From the human T2T-CHM13v2.0 reference genome, Homo sapiens, in the NCBI RefSeq assembly GCF_009914755.1, contig NC_060938.1: a DNA stretch of 64,000 bases; one strand, given 5' to 3'. The notes beneath the pieces are model-generated. The model was not told where the DNA came from. It did not search any database and saw nothing but the letters and a program-made list of their open reading frames with translations. Positions 57,091-64,000 of this stretch are shown here, piece by piece (positions within the stretch are counted from its first letter, which is position 1; every line of letters begins with the position of its first letter). The position numbers and the translations under genes are program-made.

Positions 57091-59270
57091 TGAAATGAAG
57101 ACTTTTAGAACCAAAACATCCGAGAGATTGTCCCACTGAAGACCTACACACAACACCACACTAAGAGGTATACTTTGACCAAAAGTAAATTGAACCTGAG
57201 AAGATGGAATAAGATACATGAAGCTTGGACAAGCAAAGAAAATGCAAGATAATACAGGCAAATCTAAAGGAGCACTGAGTGTGTAAAATAATAATACTGA
57301 TAACTACTAATGCAGGTAAAAAATACTACTGAACTAAAACCTTATAGAAGATAAACACTAACTTATGATTTAAGGGGAACAACAACCTCCTAACCTAAGA
57401 ATAAAAAAGAATTTCCTTATCCTGATAAAGATGATTAAACCCTATAGAAAGTATTACCTTTAATTGTAAAATTCAGCACTGCTCTAAAATCAGCTCCATT
57501 TTTATGCCTCATTGGGCTACAGAGTCTGGAAGCACATTGTGAGAAGAAAAAAAATCGTTATAGGGTCTAGGAAGGAAAAAAACTAAGCTATTACTATGTG
57601 CAGAACATTTCTGAAGAGGAAATTCAAGATAATCTAGACAGCTATTAGAATTAACTAGAGAGTTCAATGAATTGCAGGATATAAATTCAGCATAAAAATT
57701 ACTAGCAAAAATTAGATAAGTAATATAAGATTCCATTAACAGTGAAAAAACCCACAAGGTTTCCAGAGATACATGTAATGATGTGCAAGACCTTCCTGTT
57801 AGGAGGAAATGGGTAAACTTTGTTGGAAGGCATGAAAGAGGACCTAAGTGAATGGAGAAATATACCATATTCATGAATGGGGAGACTCCGTCATGATGAA
57901 AACTATCATTACATTGATCTAAAGATTAAATGTATTTCCAAAATATTTTTCCAAAATTAGTTTCTCATGCTGATTTACAAAATTAATATACAAGAGCAAT
58001 GAGCCAGAAATAGCCAAGACATACCTAAATATAAAGGTGAGAGAGATAACGGATATCACAACTTATTTTATAGAGCCGCAAGTCTTAAGAGAGTATGACA
58101 TGGTTCAGGGATGGGTAAACAAAATAATGAAACTGAGGCTACAGCTAGAAAAAGACCCATGATTATATGTGAACTTGATATAGGATGGGGGGCATCACCC
58201 CTCAATGGGGAAGGGGTTCACTACTTGGCACGTGGTGCTGGAGCAACAGAAAACAAATTCATCAAGAAAAAATGAATCACAGATAGGCCAACACCTAAAT
58301 GTGAGAATGCAAAGCTGTAAAAGATAACATGAGTTTATACGAATATCACAAAACATAAGGGAAAGTTTGAGGTATCAGACACAGTAAAACGTAAAATTCT
58401 GTTCAGAAAAAGGCACCATCAATAAAGCAAAAAAATTTACAAGACTCAGTCTGAGAGGATATATTTGCAATCCACATAACCAATAAAGTATCACTACCCA
58501 GATCCATAAATAACTCTGAAAATCAATAAGAAAAAGGCAAGCGACCCAATGGGAAAATGAGCAAATGATAAGAAACAATAAATATCAGGAGAAAACGATG
58601 GGCAATAAATATGTGAAAAGAGGCTGAGCTTCACTGCTAACACTGAGAAACACAAATTAAAACAACTAGATGCCATTTTTCACCCATTAGAGTGTAAAAA
58701 ATTAATAAGTCTGATACTACTGAGTGTTGCCATGAATCTGTGGAAATGGAAACTCCGTCTGTTGCTGGAAGGAGTGTAAATTGGTATAACCACTTTGGAC
58801 AGCAACACAGCAATACTTAATAATAATGGTAATGATAACGCTAATGGTTAATACTTATTGAACATTTATAAAGTGCCAGGCACTGTTAAAAGCTGGCGTG
58901 GAAAGCTGACAACACACATTCCCACAAGCCAGGGGCTCTTTCTGCAGTGGCCTGGCCACGGCACCAGCAGACACAAGCAAGGCTGCTCATGGTGTGGTGG
59001 GAAAGCAGAATTCATTTGTAAGTTCCTGAGTGGGGAAGGATCATTAATCTGTGCCTCATTGGCATGACGGAACATTTACTCCAGTTAACAGAAACACACT
59101 GAATTGATGTCCATCAATATTGATAAATTTCAAAAACTTGATGTGAGCGAAAAAAGCAAGTTGCAAGAACCTTGACACTATTTTGCCATTTATGTCAACT
59201 TTAAGGCACATAAAATATTGGTGGATGCAAGCATGTGATAGAAAAGTATTAACTTGTAGGTGGGAAATAC
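57091..59270 (+). mobile_element. Decayed ancient L1M(E) fragments
   Basis: aatggagaaatataccatattcatgaatggggagactc, ggatatatttgcaa and gagtgtaaattggtataaccactttgga are ORF2/3' remnants. Confidence 0.6.
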
Positions 59271-59507
59271 GGACACCAGCCCTCCTCCATAGTGAGCTGA
59301 GAGCTGGCTAGGGAGCTGCTGGAGCCTGCCATCCGTCCATCTGTCCATCCATCCACAGGAGCCAGGCCATCTCCAGCGGGGGAACACCGGCTAGGGAAGC
59401 AGGAGTCAGCCTTGAGGAGCTGGAACCTGGAGGAAGGTTACTCTAGGAATTCAAGGACTTACGACGTTTGAAATCTACTAATGTCGTTTGTTATGATTCA
59501 GTATACG

Positions 59508-60069
59508 TTAAAAAGTCAGGAAACAGCAGATGCTGGAGAGGATGTGAAGAAATAGGAATGCTTTTTTTTTTTTTTTTTTTTTTTTTTAGACAGAGTCTCA
59601 CTCTGTCACCCAGGCTGGAGTGTAGTGGTGTGATCTCGGCTCACTGCAACCTCCGCCTCCCGGGTTCACGCCATTCTCCTGACTCAGCCTCCTGAGTTGC
59701 TGGGACTACAGGTGCCCACCACCATGCCCGGCTAATTTTTTGTATTTTTAGTAGAGATGGGATTTCACCATGTTAGTCAAGATGGTCTCGATCCGCCCGC
59801 CTCAGCCTCCCAAAGTGCTGGGATTACAGGTGTAAGCCACCACGCCTGGTTCTAAGTCTTTGCTATTGTGAACAGTGCCGCAATAAACATACGTGTGCAT
59901 GTTTTATAGTACTATGATTTATAATCCTTTGGGTATATACCCAGTAATGAGGTTGCTGGGTCAAATGGTATTCTGGTTCTAGATCCTTGAGGAATCGCCA
60001 CACTGTCTTCCACAATGGTTGAACTAATTTACACTCCCAAAATAGGAGTGTAAATTAAAGACAGTGTGG
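59508..60069. mobile_element. Rearranged internal L1PA fragments (59508-59561 plus, 59851-60039 minus) around an Alu
   Basis: Both pieces are homologous to adjacent parts of the L1PA in this window (about 11390-11650) but lie in opposite orientations. Confidence 0.85.
59562..59850 (-). mobile_element. Alu, AluY/Sc-like, with a short left-arm deletion
   Basis: T26 tail, gggttcacgccattctcc and atggtctcgatccgcccgcc (the ctcctgacctcgtgat-type segment is missing). No TSD is evident. Confidence 0.93.
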
Positions 60070-60074
60070 TTGGA

Positions 60075-61200
60075 AGGAACAAAAATGCACCCAAAACCTG
60101 TGTGAGGAAAAGTAAAACTTTATTGGCAGACACAAAAGAAACTTTCTGAGTAAATGGAGAGACATGTTCTTCTTGAATGAGAAAATTAACATTGTAAAGA
60201 TGTCAACGGTCTCCCAAAGTGATCCAGATGTGCCGTGGAATCCCAGTCAAACTGCAGTTGCATCTTTTATGGAATTTGACACACTGACTGAAATTCACCT
60301 GGAAAAGAACATGCTTAGTAAACATGGTTTCCTGGGGGCGGGGCGGGGGGAGGGGGCAGAGGGGAGGGAACAATGAAAATTGGTCCCGCAGACAAGGTTC
60401 AAGTTAGAGATCCCAGAAAGAAGCAGATGTATCTCCGTGCAGTGAGGTACACTGGAGCAGGCACATCCCACGGAAAGGGCAGGGTGGACGATGGAAAACA
60501 GGCTGGAAAACAGGCTGCCAGGGGACAAAATCAACGCAGATTTCCAAGTCACAAACACAGGCAAATTCTGTGGATTAAAGAAAGACATCTAAAGATCTAC
60601 AAACACAAATAAAAAGAATGCTTGATTTCACTGGAAATCAAAGATGTTGATGAGAGTAATAATGAGAAATTGTTTTTCACCCATAAAATTGGGGGTGGGG
60701 AGATAAGGATTAGACTTTCTAACAATGACAAAAGTGTAAGAAAAACAGGTAATTGGCTGCGCGGCTGGTGGTGAATACTTTTTACAACCTTCTCAGAAAA
60801 CAATATGGAAATGTCCACCATGAAGGAGCAGAGAAAGCCTGTTTGAGGCCTCCGCTGTAGCTGGGGACGCCTGCCTGAACACAGAAGAATCATCCATATC
60901 CATGCTAGTTGCAGTTTGGTAATAGAAAAAAAAAAAAGAATCAGAAGGGGAAGAAAAGAGAAGCACCTTAATTCTTCGCCGGCAGAGGAGAGCTCCTTAC
61001 ACAGCAGCATCGCCCACAGGACAGAAGCCTCTGCAGCCATCAAAGAAAATGAGGTCGAACTAAGTGGGCCAATGTAGAAAGCTCCCGGGACATCGTGTTA
61101 AATGTAAAAAGCAAGTTGCAGACAACGCATGAAATATGTATGATTCCATTTGTGAAAAAGCAGCATCGCTAGACAAAACTGTGTATTTTATTTCGTATGT
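60075..61200 (+). mobile_element. Decayed L1ME-class fragments with gained CpGs
   Basis: taaatggagagacatgttc...aacattgtaaagatgtcaa and gcagccatcaaagaaaatgagg...aaaaagcaagttgcag remnants. Confidence 0.55.
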
Positions 61201-61399
61201 ACACACGTGTGCAGGTCCATGTAAAGAAAGCAGTCCAGACGGTGGGGCGGGGTTGGATATGAAGCCAGCCCTGCTTTGTGTCTAGATACCCTGGCGTGCT
61301 TGGAGCCCCCCAGGCCCGAGGTCATGTGCTCCTGCCATAATTTAAACAAATGCCTTAACAGCAAAAAGAAATTAGAATAGTCAGCTGGACGTGGTCTGG

Positions 61400-62990
61400 A
61401 GTGCAAGACGAAGGGGCGGTGCGGAGAGAAGGGAGGCGACCTGACCAGGCAGTGTCTTAGGGACCGGAGAGGAGTGAGGCCCACGGCGGTCCTGGGGAGC
61501 GGCCCACCTAGAGCTTGTCGCCAGTGAACAGGGAGCCGTGGCGAGAGGGACGGGGAAACCCAAGAGACCGTGGGGTGGGGGGAAAGCCAGGGAAGCCCCA
61601 GGCTTCTAGGAAGGGCCTGGCGCGGAGTCAGTGGGGAGGAGCAGGAGGCCGGCGTGGCCTTGGACAAGAGGCTCGGCGGCGCGGGGGAGCCCCAGGACCC
61701 GGGGAGCTGCGGAGGGAAGAGGAGGAGCAGAGCGTGGCTGGAAAGGCGGTGGGACAGGGAGGGGTAAGCTGTGCGGCCGCCTTGTCCCCTACGGAGAGGA
61801 GCCCTGGGAGCTGCGGGAAGAGCCGGGAGAGAGAAGAGGCTGTGGGCGGGGGACATGGTGGGGGGGTGGACGGGGGACATGGGGGGGTGGACAGGGGACA
61901 AGGGGGGAGTGGGCGGGGGACATGGAGGGGTGGGCGGGGGGCGGGGGGGTGGGCGGGGGACATGGGGGGGTGGACGGGGGGCGGGGGGTGGACGGGGGAC
62001 ATGGAGGAGTGGGCGGGGGACATGGAGGGGTGGGCGGGGGGCGGGGGGGTGGGCGGGGGACATTGGGGGGTGGGCGGGGGGCGGGGGGTGGACGGGGGAC
62101 ATGGAGGGGTGGACGGGGGACATGGGGGGGTGGACGGGGGACATGGGAGTGGGCGGGGGACATGGGGGGGTGGGCGGGGGGCGGGGGGGTGGGCGGGGGA
62201 CATGGGGGGAGTGGGTGGGGGACATGGGGGGGTGGGCGGGGGGCGGGGGGTGGGCGGGGGACATGGGGGGTGGACGGGGGACGGGGCGGGGCGGGGGCGG
62301 GGCGGGGGGGTGGGCGGGGGAGGGGCGGGGCGGGAGGGCGAGGGCTGTCCCTCCCTCAGGACTGGGGTTAGCGAGGCCGGGCTGCGTGCTCAGGAGCCGA
62401 GGCAGAGAAGTCGTGGCTGCGCAGAGGGAGGCGGTGCTCTCCTCGCGGGGTCTGGGGTCCCGCAGCGCCTGGGGCGGGAGCAGTGAGCAAGCGTGGGTGG
62501 GAGCCGCGGTCTGGGTCCCTGCGCCCTCCCGGCTGCCCGGACAGCAGGTGCACCCGGGGGGCCTCGGCGCATTTCCAGGGCGAATGAGTCCAGGGCCCTC
62601 GGCCTGCAGGCTAAGCAGCGAGGACAGCGGCAGGGGGGCTCCGTGGCACGGCCTGGGGGGTCACCGCGCACGCCTAGGCCCCGGGAGCTCGGAGACGCAG
62701 CAGCCGTCGCGCGGGGCTAACAAGGCACTCCAGGCGCCTGCGCCACCGACACGGAGAAGGGCGAGCTGCGGAGCGCGGGGTGCGGACGGCCACGCCCCTC
62801 CCGCCACGGCCACCCCGAGCCCAGGCTGCCAGGGCGGCATCCCCAGCAGGAGACCCGCGCAGCAGCCCCTCCAGCCCCCACAGGAGAGGGCAACAGACCG
62901 CGCTGGGTTTCTGCCGGTTAGATGCTCAGATGCTTTGTTACCGCGGCACGAACTACCCCCACCCCGACTGTGCGTGGGTGCCGGAGCCTT
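61400..62990. promoter_or_regulatory. CpG-island-like region, candidate promoter or enhancer
   Basis: Very high GC with dense CpG (especially 62340-62960) and many GGGCGG GC boxes. No associated coding exon is seen. Confidence 0.65.
61842..62335. repeat. G-rich minisatellite of about 22-bp (gtgggcgggggacatggggggg) and about 19-bp (gtgggcggggggcgggggg) units
   Basis: Directly visible alternating units with extreme G skew. Confidence 0.95.
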
Positions 62991-63024
62991 TGTCCATAAG
63001 GATCCGTGTGGGCAGTGGCTTAAG

Positions 63025-64000
63025 GTGGCTTAGGGTTCCCCAGAGACACAGAACCAGCAGGACACACACAGTCCCGCCTGCATCTCAGTGATTGCAAGCG
63101 CTGACCTCACACACACTGTCTATATCCCATAAGATTATAACGCAGCAGAAAGCCTCCAGGGTTTAGTGACATCTTGATGGTCCTGATCCTAGGCTGATGT
63201 GTGTGTTCATGCCTTACTTGTTAACAAAAAAGTTTAAAAAGTAAAAATTTTTTTAAAAATTAATAGGGAAAAGCTTATAGAATAAAGATCTTTAAAAAAC
63301 ATTTTTGTACAGCTGTACTTGTTTGTGTTTTAAGTTATTACAAGAGTCAAAACGTTAAAAAATTACAAAGTGTATAAAATAAAAAGGTACAGTAAGATAA
63401 GATTAATTTATTATTAAAGATAGAAAAAAGTGTTAATACATTCAGTGTTTATAAAGTCTACAGTAGTGTACACTAATGTCCTCAGCCTTCTCAGTCACCT
63501 ACACTCACTCATGACTCACCCAGAGCCTCTTTCAGTCCTGCAACCTCCATTCATGGGAACAGCCCTGCGCCAGTGTGCCATTTTTAATCATCTATGCCCT
63601 GTTTTTATGGTACCTTCTCTATATTTAGATACGCCATTACTTGCCATTGTGTCAAAGCTGCCTCCCGTGTTCAGTACAAGTGACACTCTGTACAGGTTAG
63701 TAGCCTAGGAGCCATAGGCTGCACCCTGCGGCCCGGGCATGTGGCAGGTTGTACCGTCTCGGTTTGTCAGTGACCTCTGTGATGCTTGCAGAGGACGAAA
63801 TCGCCTAACCACACGTTTCTCAGAACACATCCTCATTATGAAGCAACACTTGACTGCGTGTCTGTGTGCTGCGTGTGTGTGTATACATGAAGAGATTTAT
63901 TACAGAAATTGACCCACAAGATTATAGAGGCCAAGAGGTCTGAAGCCCAAAGAGCTGCTGCCTGTAAGCTGGAACACCAGGAAGGCCAGTGGTGTGGCTC
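63025..64000 (-). mobile_element. MLT2-type ERVL LTR split by Tigger3, continuing past the window end
   Basis: tagggttccccagagacacagaacc before the insertion and gagatttattacagaaattgacccacaagattatagaggcc after it. Confidence 0.65.
63069..63856 (-). mobile_element. Tigger3/Golem non-autonomous element (Tigger3b-like)
   Basis: cagtc...tgactg termini with cccataagattataa, tttttgtacagctgtac and gacgaaatcgcctaac...tttctcagaac motifs. Confidence 0.82.

Noticed and set aside
61188-63033. Gly/Pro-rich ORFs of 190-420 aa
   Set aside because: Translations of the G-rich VNTR and CpG island, open in nearly all frames.

Overview
Human-like (catarrhine primate) genomic DNA. I can support no intact protein-coding gene, RNA gene or CRISPR array. 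Two AT-rich blocks of ancient, + strand L1 (about 3-20 kb and 48-61 kb) carry nested LTR, Alu, L1PA and DNA-transposon insertions. They flank a GC-rich core (about 20-48 kb) with a 38 x 36-bp VNTR, a near full-length Tigger1 and a 2.1-kb (CACT/CACC/CATT)n expansion. The only gene-derived sequence is a processed pseudogene of CEND1 (about 51113-52170), inserted into a THE1 LTR that itself sits in an old L1. From memory, and unchecked here, CEND1P1 lies at 14q32.33. The window ends in a CpG island with a G-rich minisatellite carrying about 13 PRDM9 13-mer motifs. I found no evidence for a new biological system. The best second-look items are: the retrocopy's lost and gained start codons, two local templated insertions (129 and 144 bp), an Alu-associated L1 inversion with a fold-back scar, a twin-primed old L1, and the tandem repeats. 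Repeat subfamily names come from recalled consensus sequences and need RepeatMasker/Dfam confirmation.
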